Shown here in pieces: positions 38,923-53,567 of a stretch of DNA of 64,000 nt. A program made the translations under genes and the position numbers. The notes beneath the pieces are model-generated. The model saw only the letters and a list, made by a program, of their open reading frames with translations, had not been told where the DNA came from and did no database searches. The stretch is from Octopus vulgaris (Eukaryota): positions 14,508,001 to 14,572,000 of the forward strand of contig OX597827.1 in the NCBI GenBank assembly GCA_951406725.2, given 5' to 3'. The first letter of the stretch is position 1, and each line of letters starts with the position of its first letter.

Positions 38923-39339
38923 GGATCTTTTCGGTTTGAACGGCAGTTTTTAACATAATTTCTAGGTAACTAAAAATTTTTTAACTTCGTATACTGGTAG
39001 AATGTGTTTATAAAACATCTTTTTCTCTTGGCTTTATTGAGAAAATTCTATAGTTTGTAAGATATTCGTTGTTTTTTTTCTTCAATTTCTGCAATTTCAA
39101 CCAATCAATGACGTCCATTGAGGTAAAAAAAACATTCTGTGCCGTATGAATATGTCCTTCGTTTAAGAAACAGATTGGGTTTATTTACATTTGTGAAGAA
39201 AAAAGATACCCTCCCCCCACCCCTAACTCTAACTCTAAAACAGATTGAAATGCATTAGATCGATACTAGGGTCATAATTATGGGTGACAATTTCATATGA
39301 CACCGCTAGAAAAAACTGCCGTTCAAACCGAAGATATCC
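38923..39339. mobile_element. MITE family F
   Basis: Both TIRs present; no TSD match. Confidence 0.85.
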
Positions 39340-41201
39340 TGATGCTGTAACAATAGTACTTTTTTTAACGTGTTCTAATGAGTTATAAGATTAGGTCAGT
39401 AATATTTGACCATGAGTTCTGGAGTGAGCGTCTACTATATTCGACAACTCTACCTTAAAAGGCGATCAACATGTTTTTTTGGGGTGGAGTGTGAGAATTC
39501 CCATGATATCATAAGAAAAACGTATGTCGTTTCCAAATCAATGATCTGGGGGACGTAGACGACATACGCAATACAAACGTAATGGACTGGACTGGTTATG
39601 ATTGAAAGACTTGAAAATGTCACCATAGATGTATATTATATTAAATGAAAAACAGAACGTCAAGGCTTGGCTAATGAAGAATTTACAAATTCCTTAGCTA
39701 AACAAAGTCACATTTCCTACCACGAGTACAAGGTTTCTTTATTTTCATTAACAACACCCAATATAGATTTCATTAAAAAAATAGAGAAGACAAATCGACT
39801 TATTCGAGCGATACTGACAACATATGCAAAACATTTGAAAAGTTCTAATTCAATTTTACACAAACCTTTGTCTAGTCAACGAGAAACAAGCTTGCAAATT
39901 TATTGTGAGCAAACCCACTCTTATTGTGGAAAAAGAATGAAAATTAACATTGAAGACCATTCAATTTGTATTTAGATAATGAAAACATATTAAGATTTAG
40001 TTACTAATTTTCTTTATTAAAACCAAAGTCCAAAGGTTTTGTTGAAGTTAAATAAACAAGGTTAAATTACTTTGTTTTCAGAAATTCGTGCAAGACACGC
40101 TATCCTACTTATTTCGTGTCATTCATCACAAAAGTACGTTGAATTCTATTAGTTGCATCGACTACGCTACTTCTCTCAGACGATCTGTGATAAACGAAGT
40201 CTAAAACTACACTTCGTCAGACAGCAAAGGAATTTTCTCTAATTAACAAACCTGAATACTATCACATGCAGAGTTTTCAGCGTATCTGAAAATAGATTAA
40301 GCATTGACTTTTTATATTGAAATAGCTAATAAATTACTACTGAGCAGTACAGCAGTTTCCGCATTTGACTTCTTGAAATTAAATACAAGGAACTGCGTAT
40401 ATATATCTTGTAATGCAATAACCTCGTTATTTTACAGTTTTGTACATTATTGATATCACAGTCTAGCGAGAAAATTAACCTCACAGTTTCTTGACGAGGA
40501 AATCAAAAAGAAATAAAGAAAAACCTACGATTAAATAGTTGCACAAGTGAAAACTTTGTAATTACATATTCAAAATCGAACTTGTACACAACTTGAAGGA
40601 CTAGAACATCAATGTGTCGAGAAAGATGATAATATAGTAGAAGCATAGTTAAGTTCAGTAACCTTGCTGAAGACCAATTTTACTCCATTCATTCTTCTAA
40701 TTGAACAGCACAATGGAATCAATAGTTTGCTTCTCGGACAGTTACTCATAATTTTGCTGTCGTTCTTATTGCCATTATTATTGTTATAGCTTATAGCTGG
40801 TTGAATAAGGTTTTGAATTATCACTGTCTTATATACTGTGTTGCCAAGACGATAAAGAAATGATATACTAACTCGATAACATTTTGCTTATGATCTCTTT
40901 ACTATAAATTTCACTACTAAAATAAACTGCTCAGCTAACCGCTTCGAAGCTCTTCTACGATGTCACTTGAAGCTTCTGAAGTAGTAATGTGGAGTGAAAT
41001 AAGATGCTTGTTTTATGTGCAATTTCGTTTCTTTGAACTGATTAATAAGATGAAATATTCATTTCCTGTCAAGCCACGTGGACTCAGGTATGGTAATAGA
41101 GTGGCTAAAATAAATAAGCATATGGTTTTATCAAAAGGTAAATGAAAAATTTCCAACTGAAAATAGAGAATCACATTGTCCGCTCGGTTAAAAAAGGTAT
41201 T

Positions 41202-41510
41202 GCCGGGCTTAGTGTTAAGGGTATTCGGCTCAAGATCACAAGGTCGTGAGTTCAATTCCTGGGGACGTGTTGTGTCCAAGAGCAAGACACTTTATTTCAC
41301 ATTGCTCCAGTCCACTCAGCTGGCAAAAATGAGTAGTACCTGTATTTCAAAGGGCCATCTATGCCACCCTCTGTGCCACGCCGAGTCTCCCTGAGAACTA
41401 CGTTAAGAGTACGCGTGTCTGCGGAGTGCTCAGTCACTTGCACGTTAATTTCACGAGAAGGCTGTTCCGTTGATCAGATCAACAGGAACCCTCGTCGTTG
41501 CAACCGATGG
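41202..41510 (+). mobile_element. tRNA-derived SINE, head E + tail 1
   Basis: Homology to the 21940 copy. Confidence 0.8.
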
Positions 41511-41592
41511 ATTACCAGCATATACTCCTACTATAGCACTTAAATTAGGTGTTTGAAAACTTGAACTAAATTTTGATAGTATATATTCTAGG

Positions 41593-41850
41593 TGAAATTA
41601 ACGTGCAAGTGGCTGAGCACTCCACAGACACGTGTACCCTTAATGTACTTCTCAAGGAGATTCAATGTGACACAGAGTGTGACAAAGCTGGCCCTTTGAA
41701 ATACAAGTACTACTCATTTTTGCCAGCTGAGTGGACTGGAGCAACATGAAATAAAGTGTCTTGCTCAAGGACACAACGCGTCACCGAGAATTGAACATAC
41801 GACCTTACCATCGTGAGCCGATTGCTCTAACCACTAAGCCACGTGCCTTC
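41593..41850 (-). mobile_element. tRNA-derived SINE, head E + tail 1 (3'-truncated)
   Basis: Inverted partner of the 41202 copy. Confidence 0.8.
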
Positions 41851-42419
41851 ACTTTGATCGCCACCTGTTTTCTTTACATACCGGATTTCACCTTCATTTA
41901 TATAGTGTCGCCCTGTTGCTTCGAGAAATGAACCCTTTCGTCCCATATTACTTATTTATAACAAGATCCACTCACATTTTGGAGTCAAATCTTTTTACAA
42001 GAGACTTTTGTTGATCCTACTGCATTTTCAGGAAATGCAAGACTAAAAGTGAAAAAGACCCTTCGTTCAATAGAATGATCCTCCAACTTATAAATATAAG
42101 CAGTACATAGGCAATGCCGTCATTTAGCCCCAGATCAACACTGACATCCAACAGATAAATGATAAAATAAATTATTTTTATAATCACATTTTTTAAAGTT
42201 TAGAGCATTAATCGAGGAAGATCTAGTTGCTATTTCTAACAGTTTCAGTGATCTCTTGTTTAATACTTATTAATAGTTATGTCGAGTTGTGTATTGGCTT
42301 AAAAAAATGACAGTATCATTAATGGGATTCGAACCGTCGATATTTTCGTTGCTAATTCGATTTGGTCATTTGTGGCTTTCTGTCCGTATACAGACGATTA
42401 ATATGTCTATAAATATTTC

Positions 42420-42824
42420 GGATCTTTTCGGTTTGAACGACAGTTTTAAAAATAATTTCCACGTAACTAAACACTTCGTATACTGGTAGAATGTGTTTAT
42501 AAAACATCTTTTTCTCTTGGCTTTATTGAGAAAATTCTATAGTTTGTAAGATATTTGTTGTTTTTTTTCTTCAATTTCTGCAATTTCAACCAATCAATGA
42601 CTTCTATTGAGGTAAGAAAACATTCTGTGCCGTATGAATATGTCCCCCGTTTACGAAACAGACTGGGTTTATTTACATTTGTGAAGAAAAAAAGATACCC
42701 TTCCTCCCACATCTAACCCTAAAACAGATTGAAATGCAATAGATCGATACTAGGGTCATAATTCTGGGTAACAATTTCATATGACACCGCTAGACAAAAA
42801 CTGCCGTTCAAACCGAAAAGATCC
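42420..42824. mobile_element. MITE family F
   Basis: TIRs plus an 8-bp TSD aatatttc. Confidence 0.9.
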
Positions 42825-43672
42825 AATATTTCTCTTCAGAAGCACACATGCACATACAAAAAGAAGGAAAAAACAGAAATATATAGCCGCAAGTAAAAAG
42901 TTACAGCCTACAGTCCAAGCGATAGCTCTACCTACACTTCTGATGAAACGCAAGAGCCGAAACGTCAAATTTTCCACTTCTCGCATCAGTTAAACATCGA
43001 ACTTTCTTCTTAATATAATTAGTTTCACAAAGACAGATCTTCAGCTGTTCCCTCAGATTCTAGATTTTACAGAATCCCAAGGGACAGGTCATCTAAAAAT
43101 TTCAACCAGTCAAATGAGTTATCTAAAAGTATTTTAGCCACTGAGATATTTCCTGTAGAATAGAGAGATATTTATTAGCTGTTGCTAGAATGATATCAAT
43201 GACAGCAACTCTTCCAGTCGATGATAATTCATGTATTTCCGAATTTAATTTTGACGTGGCTTCGGATTGAATAAGCTCCTCTGGGTTATTTAAGAATATA
43301 AATCACTGAAGTTAATAACTCAGATTTTTAATTATCAATCTCCAAGAAAAATAATGTTCAGTTAGACAGTATTAACATATTAAATATAATGAATATCAAA
43401 AGTCTAGTAAGAAATTATTACACGGAGAAGAAAAGAGACATTTGTTCAACGACGATTTTAATCATTTAGACAAATATGGACGACAACTCCCGACATGTTT
43501 CAGTTTTATTAAACTTCTGCGAAGAATAGACTTCGTCCTACTTGACAAATCATTGACAAGAGGATCACTATGTTGTTAAGGAGTAAGTGTGGAAATATTG
43601 CCATATTTTAAAAAGGTAATCAGACAGTTTATTATTTAATCAAAGATACCATCTACACGATAAACAAGTTAA

Positions 43673-44073
43673 GGATTTTTTCGGTTTGAACGGCAGTTTT
43701 TTCTAGCGGTGTCATATGAAATTGTCACCCATAATTATGACCCTAGTATCGATCTATTGCATTTCAATCTGTTTTAGGGTTAGGGTTAGGGTATCTTTTT
43801 TTCTTCACAAATGTAAATAAACCCAATCTGTTTCTTAAACGAGGGACATATTCATACGGCACAGAATGTTGTTTACCTCAATGGACTGATTGGTTGAAAT
43901 TGCAGAAATTGAAGAAAAAAACCCACAAATATCTTACAAACTATAGAATTTTCTCAATAAAGCCAAGAGAAAAAAATGTTTTATTTTGACACATTCTACC
44001 AGTATACGAAGTTTAAAATTTTTTAGTTACCTAGAAATTATGTTAAAAACTGCCGTTCAAACCGAAAAGATCC
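43673..44073. mobile_element. MITE family F
   Basis: TIRs plus an 8-bp TSD caagttaa; internal (TTAGGG)3. Confidence 0.9.
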
Positions 44074-46869
44074 CAAGTTAATGTTAACGTAGTTCATGTA
44101 ATGAATATCAAGATATCTAATTAGAAATACTTATGTGGTGAACAAAAAAAAAATAAGACAATTAGCTCAATGAATTATCGTACGTAGGAGATGCGTTTTT
44201 GCCATGACACCTGAATTTTTTTTTTTCCATCGTGAGTTCAATACAGAAAAGGATCGAAACTAAAATAAAACAATAGCAGATATCAAAATAGACCTGAATC
44301 TCACTTCCAATTCCATCTTAACAAAATAATGTTAGTTCCTCTTTGTTATAATTCGAATCAATCTCCTCGCCCAACTCCCCCCCCCCCCGCCAACGATTCA
44401 CTCTATACTTCTTCATAGACATTAATCCAAAAGATAATGTAAAATGTGCGATCTCTTGTTTCATTTTTGCTTCTCTTGTTACTTCTGTTAGCTTTAAAGC
44501 AGCTCCACCACCGAATCCGCTTTCTCTCTCACCTCTCTTCTTTTCCTTCCGTTCTTTTCCCGCTCTACTACAAAGATAAGCGTGGTGGCTGAAGATAAAT
44601 AAATGTCTTACACGGATCACAACACAATGCCTGGATAGGAACTCATAACATCTCAACCGAGAGGACGACATCTTATTCACCTACTCAATACAACGATGAC
44701 CATTATGTTAACATGACGATCGAGATTCGGACTAGCTTAAATTAGAATCCGATGGTTAAATTCTAATTTCCTTTCTTGTGCCTATCCATCTCATTCGTTC
44801 TCTCTCGCTTTCTCTCTCTCTCTTTCCTGTTCTTCAAATATCAGTAAAAGAGATCTACAATTGACTTGTCTCTTTCCCGAAAATCCATCTAACACGATGC
44901 ATACAATGGACTTGGCATAATAAAATCTTTCTGTTTAGCGAAAAGTGTCTTCTAACTATATCATCATCTTCTCGACTTTCCAAACTACTTCAAATCATAG
45001 ATTTCCACCATTACTAAATTGCAGAAAGAGCTAACACCGAAGTTCTTTTTATCGACGAGTGTCTGCCGATATTCTTAAGAATATCTATATATTCAGACGG
45101 CTCGAAAATGTTATCTTCGCATTCTGGAGATAACCTTATGGCAAGTTCTACATCATAAAAAGCGAACGATAACTCTCTACGCTTGTTTCGCATGAGTTGA
45201 AAGTTGTGAGGTTATGTTTTGCAGCAGAACGGAATGCCTGTGTTTTAACACGATTAAGTATCGATCTTTTCCTTTCGTATTGGTTGTATTTCTCCCAAAC
45301 AGAAGAATTAAATGGCTTTGGCTAAAATACTCGGCGCAACACCCCTACATACACACACACACACAAACACATAACTATGTTTGTGTTGGGTGTAGTTTAA
45401 AATTATTTCCTACGTTTGTTTTTACATTTATTCTTAGAAGTGCCAAATCTCCTTCAGCAAGGAAGGAGAGAAGGTGTTTTTATTTATTTTTTAATCAATT
45501 CTTACATATCTAAAAACCTCTCGTAATAACCTAACGGGTTATTACTGTTACCTACATGATCAAGTAGCGTTGCCTGGCAATAAAACGCTTGTTCTGTTCT
45601 TTCTTATGCGAGTATGGCCGAACTTGGAACGAAGTTAATGCTTGTTGTCAGACATTTCGCAGCTGAAGTACTTCAATTCACTATTTTTCACTGTGATGAT
45701 ACATGTAATACCTGATCTTATTCTAACACAGAAATTGTTGGGCGACTCATGTAAATGCAGTTTATTTCCTAACATCTATTTCTATCGAATGAATGACTGT
45801 TTTATCGCCTTCATTAAACCTGTTAAAAACCCAATAGACCATTGAACTGATTCTTGAGAATTATCGTCTTCTTAACTGCTGCACTATTTTATTTATTTAT
45901 TTATTTATTTTTTATTTATTTATATTTTATTCATCTATTTATTTATTTATTTATTCATTTATTTTTTTTTTTGTTTAATAATATTTCAGAAATGTTATAT
46001 TCGTGATTTAATAAAAGAAAATCAAACTGGTGAAGTGGTGAGCAAGAAATAAAATTTATAGTTGACATCCAGACGAATGTCTAAAAATAAAAGTAAAAAT
46101 AAAATAAATAGAAAAAAAAAGAGAGTGAAAAAGAAGCAAAAGTATTGAATAAAATGTTAAATTTGCTTTCTGACATTTAAACGTTTCTTTTTCTTTTATC
46201 TATAAACATCTCTCTTTTGTAAAACTTTACTACACATATTCTAAAGTGCAGTGAGTTAACAAGAGAGAGAGAAGAGGGAGGGAGGGAAAGAGAAAAAGAA
46301 AGAGAGAAAAAAGAAAGAGAGAGAGAGAGAAAAAGAAAGAGGGGGAGAGAAAAGAAAAAGAGATTGACAAATGTTTCTCTGATCGAGTTCGAATCCATAG
46401 AATACCAATTAAGAATTTACCAAATGTTGCAAAAATCTCCTGGAGACCATGAAAGTATACTGGAGCAGTAATGTAGCCAAAGAAATTGGAGCGATCTGCC
46501 CCGGACGATACTAATATAGAGAGGAAGGACACTTTGGGGTCCGTTGTATAAACCTCTAAAGGGGGTGACAAATTTAAAGGCGGCCCCGGCACCACAGTCT
46601 AGATCAGTGGTTCTCTATCGTTTTAATATCCGGGCCAGATTCAAAACCTGGAATTTTTTTAGGGGGCTGCTCCAAAAATGTAAAACACAGGTCCGTTGCA
46701 GAAAAGTTTTCTATATTTATAGAGAAAAGACCGTCGAGGACTACCGGGAGGATGCTTGGTTCGGAAAAGTGGGTGGCGAGGCGAAATGTATTTAATAACG
46801 AACCATGTAATTCACATTTTGGAAAATTTATTTCTGTAAAACGTTTTGTTTTCTTAAACACACAAAATA

Positions 46870-47359
46870 TCTATATATATAAAACTGTAGTTGTGTGAGT
46901 GTCTGTCCCCTTCGATTTAGATTCCTAACTCCTCCCACATTTTGCGGTGCAGTTTAACCAAATTCGGGTATCTTATAGTCGTGATTCATATCGAGCCCGT
47001 CTGAGTATTAGCGCGCGTCTACGATGAGTCTACGATTTTAAAAATAATTTAACATCATTTTTTATTCCATTTTAATGCATAATTTTTCGTGTGTCGATGG
47101 CGGCGGAGTTGGCGTCCACGGTCACACCTGCACCTGTTTGCTTCTCCCCCTTCTTCCCTCCCTCGTGAAGCTGTGGGGAAGGGAGTATAAGGAAATCAAC
47201 GTCATAAAGCGTTGTCAAGGAGACCAGCGTTCTTTTAGAACAACGACTTCATGGCTTGAAGACACTGAGTCAACGATTTAAAACTCTCTATAACTCTCTA
47301 AAAATGCTTATATAGTTATTTCCCTTACAAACCCGAGCAACGCCGGGCGATACTGCTAG
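46870..47359 (+). mobile_element. Non-autonomous Helitron with an extra internal segment
   Basis: A|TC start, 3' hairpin and CTAG|T end. Confidence 0.85.
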
Positions 47360-47929
47360 TAGTCTATAAATTTAGAATGCTTTTGAAAGATAGTATATTT
47401 TATTATCAGAATACTTTCTCACACAATAATTAAGATACATTTATTTTAAATCGTTCATCTTCATAAAATTTCACGATAAAATTTCATAAAGGGATTTTGT
47501 CCGGCGCTTTACCGATTCTGCCATCCTCTTTGCCTTTGATTACGATCAACGTCAATGAATGTTGAATGGCTGAGAGTACAGGCTTTTTGCAAGTTAATTA
47601 TGAGGATGAAGATATGATGAAGATATTGAAGACAGCGATGGTAATAGTAAGAGTCATGGCGGCAGTTATGGAAATAGCTTTTAAAAAAATAGATAAATAA
47701 AACTGAGAAGTTGGTTGGCTACAGTTAACTATAGCATTGGCAATAGAAAACCGGATGTAATATACCAAATATTGCCGGGTTTTCAGTTTTTATTAAAAAA
47801 GACAATTGACAGTATTGAAAAAGGAATTTGTAACGACGATGAAGCTTTGATGATGATGATGCGTCGGAGAAATGAATGAATGAAGAACAATTAATTAATT
47901 ATTAGGATGGTCATTTTATTATATATCAA

Positions 47930-48216
47930 CTAGCAGTATCGCCCGGCGTTGCTCGGGCTTGTAAGGGAAATAGCTATATAAGCATTTTTAGAGAGTTACA
48001 AGAATCATTAAAAATGCGGAAAAATGATGGTAATTTTTTTTTTTAATCGTAGACTCATCGTAGACGCGTGCTAATACCCAGAAGGGCTCGATATGAATGA
48101 CGACTATAAGATACCCGCTTTTGGTTAAACTGCACCTCAAAATGTGGGAGTAGTTAGGAATCTAAATCGGAGGAGACAGAGTCTCACACACACAACTTCA
48201 ATTTTATATATAAAGA
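47930..48216 (-). mobile_element. Non-autonomous Helitron
   Basis: Reverse complement of the 37093 copy. Confidence 0.85.
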
Positions 48217-48824
48217 TTATAATGCCATTACAATGTATAAGATTAACGACGTCGTCGGGTCGTTGTGTGTACACAAATTACTTTGTTTTAGTAAAATATT
48301 TTCTGCGGATCCATGGTTCAGTGTGTACGTGAGTAGTTTAGTTTTGAAGTGGAATATTCAGCAATCATCCGTATGTCGCGATTCGATGAAATGTTGCTCA
48401 AATGATCAGCGAATCTGACCAATCGCGAATTCGCCTGGGAAGAATATTACTCACGTGATCAACAAAATCTAGCTAATCACGACTTCGTGTGGAACAAGCT
48501 CCAGCACTACCGTAGCTGCTGTAGGCAATGTGTTTTTTGTGGGGTCCGGGGGCGGCAAACAGAAGGGCCGCACCGGGCGACACACACTCTAGCTACCATA
48601 GTGGGCTCCAGTATTTGACACTGGTACTACTTAAAAAGAGTGGTCCCGGTGCGCGCATCCGCGTTAGCTAGGCGTGACTAGTCGATCCTTACTTTGTGTT
48701 TTTGCTTTATTTACTTTGTTTAAAAAAAATTATTTACTTTCTGTTTTTGTGTTTTATTTACTTAGTTTTTAAGAAATTATTTACTTTGTGTAAAAAAAAA
48801 TTATTTATTTTGTGTTTTATTTAC

Positions 48825-49175
48825 TTGTTTGTCCCCTATGTTTAGCCCCTTGTGGTAGTAAAGAAATAGGTATTTCGTCTGCCGTATGTTCTGAGTTCAA
48901 ATTCCGCCGAGGTCGACTTTGCCTTTCATCCTTTCGGGGTCGATAAATTAAGTACCAGTTACGCACTGGGGTCAATGTAATCGACTTAATACCTTTGTCT
49001 GTCCTTGTTTGTCCCCTCTATATTTAGCCTCTTGTGTGCAATAAAGAAATAAGAATAAGTACCAGGTTTAGAAAAAGGAACTGGAGTGGATTCGCTCGAC
49101 TAAAAGTCTTCAAGGTGGTGCACAAGCATGGCCGCAGTCCAATGACCGAAACGAGCAAAAGAGAAAAGATAAAAG
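48825..49175 (+). mobile_element. SINE B (3' end duplicated upstream) fused to a SINE A 3' fragment
   Basis: Homology to families B and A. Confidence 0.7.
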
Positions 49176-50954
49176 TAGATGCATTAATAAGTAGATGTTT
49201 CGTGACATCAAAACCGACAATAAACTGAAGCTCCAGCCTATTCTAAGCGACAGAAAATTAAGTAAAGAATAAGATTTTACAGCTTTGACTCTATACTGGA
49301 ACCGAGAATGAAAACCAGCTCACTTGATATGCACGAAAAATATTCAAACAAAGATAGAAAACCTCGATAAAAATATGCTCTTGTGCTTACTAAAAACCTC
49401 CGAAGTTATTGGAATGAATATTTATGTCTCTTCCGGAATATAGAGATATAATATCTGTAAACCAGTTAAAAATCTAAATGATCTGTTATAATATTCGATT
49501 GGGCGAATAGAGTAATAATATGGATGAGAAAAGAAAATGTGGTAAAACAGCCGTCGCATAACATTTTCAAATGATGCAATTTTACCATACAAGCGCAAAG
49601 CAAGTTGTAGCAACATTTACTGCTTGTGTGTGTGTGCATGGATATATAAGATAAAAAGGTCAGTTCTTTCTTTCTAAATCGCTTTAAAACAAAATAAAGT
49701 AAAATAAAATGATGTAACTCAGGCACGATTCTGTCATTTGGGAGATATGAATTCGAAAGAAATTTACAAGACTGCTTGCTATGCGCGTGTATATCTGTAT
49801 ACAAATGCCATTGTATGAGCGTAGTGTTGGTTAGTGAGTGTATGCGGGTGAAACGAAAGGTTATTAATGTATATGTGTGGTCTACCACTGAAAGACAACT
49901 TATTGCCGAAGATATTAAAGGAAAGGAAATTAGCTGGAAACGTTGCGTTGGTATTTTTACTGGCAGTATAAGATTAATGGCACACCTCGAAGTCATGGCA
50001 CGGAGCGACAAAGTAGTTTTTGATATTACCTGATCGAATTGTATTATTCACTGACAGACGCTGCCTTCTAAAACATGTCCGCACTAAAAGCGCTGTTCGA
50101 TATGCTACTAACGGCATTACACCTTTTTATCAGCTTTGCATTATAACTTACCACATTAGAAGGAGGCTACTTTTTACTGATAATCGCAGAATGGCTTTTC
50201 CAGAATAACATGACCGAAACTTGTTATTTAATTTGAGTTATTTAATTATTTTGTCAGTTTTTCAAAATATATCGCTGCAGTCGTAAGAGTCAAGTAGTTT
50301 GGTCCAAAGATACAGACAACTTTTGTATACCACAATTTGCTAGCTATAGTAAAATATCAGTCTCTGAAAGCGTTGTTAGTTGGTTCAATTCCCATTAATA
50401 CTTTAATTTTATCCATCAATATAAATCTCAGTCAAAAGAAAATCGTTTAATACAATGAATAAAGAGCTTTTCAGACAAAGTCGTTAGTTCTCATAATCAT
50501 GTTACGCCACATAAATTTCTGTGATACTAGTTCATGATTGAGCGTAAATTAATTTATCTGACCGTTATTAATTTATAAGCTTCAATTGATATATTTAAAA
50601 AAAAGGTAGAGACAAAAATAGAAGCTGAAATTCACGTTAAATATTATTCGACATTTCACTTGTCATATTTTTTATTGTTTTGTTTCAAGACTTACAATTT
50701 TTTAACCGTTAATATCCAGGTAAATATCACCTCACGTTTTAATTGTAACTTTATACAATCTGAAAAATAGTTGATTAACGAATACATGATGTACTGATAA
50801 CAAGAAAATAAAGGCATGTCTGCTCTAAAGCCTATTTTGCAGAAAGATTGTGACTAAGATGCCTTGTTCGTAGTTTTGGGGTTTGTTTTAACAAGTGCAA
50901 GCAGTGGTACCTGAAAATGCCCGGGTATTGTGTCGAATACAAAGCACTAAAGGA

Positions 50955-51308
50955 TATGTATGTATGTATGTATGTGTGTGTGTATGTATGTATGTATGTA
51001 TGTATGTATGTATGTATGTATGTATGTATGTATGTATGGATGGATGGATGGATGGATGCATGCATACATACATACATACATACACACACACATATATACA
51101 TACACACATACATACATACACACATACAACACACACACACATACATACAAACACACATACATACATACATACATACATACATACATACAGCCGAAATCCG
51201 CGATGAGGAATCAGTTTCTGACTGAAGAACAAAGGCTTTGAATGACCCGTTTGTCTTTTATGTTCGTCCCTTCGTGTATTTCACGTTATTTATTTATGTA
51301 AAGGTTTA

Positions 51309-51339
<31 letters not shown>

Positions 51340-51460
51340 CATACATACATACATACATACATACACACATACAAACACACACACAAACACACATACATAC
51401 ATACATACACACACATACAAACACACACACATACACACATACATACATACATACATACAT

Positions 51461-51509
<49 letters not shown>

Positions 51510-51627
51510 CACACACACATACATACATACATTCATACACACATACATACATACATACATACATACATACATACATACATACATACATACATACATACAT
51601 ACATACATACATACATACATACATACA
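50955..51627. repeat. (TATG)n/(CATA)n microsatellite arrays
   Basis: Directly visible; source of many spurious ORFs. Confidence 0.95.
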
Positions 51628-52197
51628 TTAAATGGAAGCTAATATACTAAACCGTCGCTGAGTGTTACTATCTCACTACTTCTAAACAGATATCTCTGAG
51701 ATCTTTTTGTAATACTTCAGTAATGAAGATAAAAGAAATATTCTTTTATAAACCTGGCATGAATTCATGCAGAGTTTTTTGAAATGATAATGAAACTCGA
51801 CAACAGATTAATTGAAGTATAATTCGGAGACGCTTCTGGAGGTGAAATGCAGACGACACTTCAACCAGAATTAAATCTACTACGAAGTATCTTAGAAGGT
51901 CACCCAAGAAATTGTTTTCAACAAACGGTTTCTTTGGGGGTGTTTGTTTTTCGGTTTCACCTAACCATATATAGACATATACGGTTAGATGTATGTAGAT
52001 ATATAAATGGTCCTTGAAATCCTTAGATATGGTTAAAAATTTAAAAATCAATATTGAATTAAGGCATATCAAGTATTATTTAATGTTGCAGTCAATATAA
52101 ATCTGCAACTGTTTCCAAATCTTTACATTTTCCAGTGGGAATAATCTGCGGTCACTTAATACAAAGAAGCACTGCCACAGAATATGACGTTGCTTTG

Positions 52198-52547
52198 TTT
52201 GTTGAGCGAAGCGGTCTTCGTCCCAGTAGTGGGAGAAGTCCGAAACGTGGTCTTTTGCTATTCGTAAGACCCGCAGAAGAGAAAGCAGGTCAACCCCCGC
52301 CGACACCGAGAGCATCGACGGATGGATGAATGCGCATCCAAGCTCAGCGGGTTGCGTAGGAAGAAAGAGTGAGAGAAAGTTGGGGCGAAAGAGTACAACA
52401 GGGATCGCCCCCTCCCCCTGCCGAAGCCTCGTGGAGCTTTAGGTGTTTTTGCTCAATAAGCACACGCAACGCTCGGCCTGGGAATCGAAACCGCGATCCT
52501 CCGACCGTGAGTCCGCTGCCCTAACCACTAGGTCATTGCGCCTCCAC
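52198..52547 (-). mobile_element. tRNA-derived SINE, head C + tail 3
   Basis: 13-bp TSD tgacgttgctttg (52185-52197 / 52548-52560). Confidence 0.85.
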
Positions 52548-53115
52548 TGACGTTGCTTTGATCAGAACGCTAGATCTCAGGGTTCCTTCCAAATCTGAAA
52601 CCACTTTTTTTTCTTTAACTACCTGTTGTTAGTTAAAGATAAGAGACACAGTTGGTTGTGAAATACATGCCGCAGTCCTTCTGAAATTGAATTCAATGTA
52701 AATTGTATTAAAAGTCCACTCAAGAAGAGTTTTGCAACAAATTGTTCAGGAGGAAGTTTTTTTTCAAGCCGCTGCTACCATCACCTTCTTTTCTCATGCC
52801 ACCACCTTTGTCTCTCTCTTTCTCTCTTTCTTTCTTTCTTTCTTTCTCTCTCTCTCTCTCTCTCACTATTCGAGGGAGAGAGAGGGGGGAGCTGCCTTAT
52901 CACGTCTGCTTCAATTCGTCTGTTTTCGTATTCTTTCCCAACCTAGACTTAGGCGGAGTTTGAAAGAGATTTTGCTCTGTTTCTCAAAATAATATCTTAT
53001 ACGAACTTTCTACGTGATATAGCGAAAAATAATATATGTGGTTTTGTTGTGTTCGTTTGTAGTTTCCGAATACAGGGCGGACAAGCGCGAACACACACAC
53101 GCACACACAATTCAT

Positions 53116-53567
<452 letters not shown>

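Noticed and set aside
48410-48690. CpG-rich island with CCAAT and CACGTG
   Set aside because: Part of it resembles the decayed GC-rich MITE ends also seen near 46470-46595 and 4510-4550. There is no independent promoter evidence.
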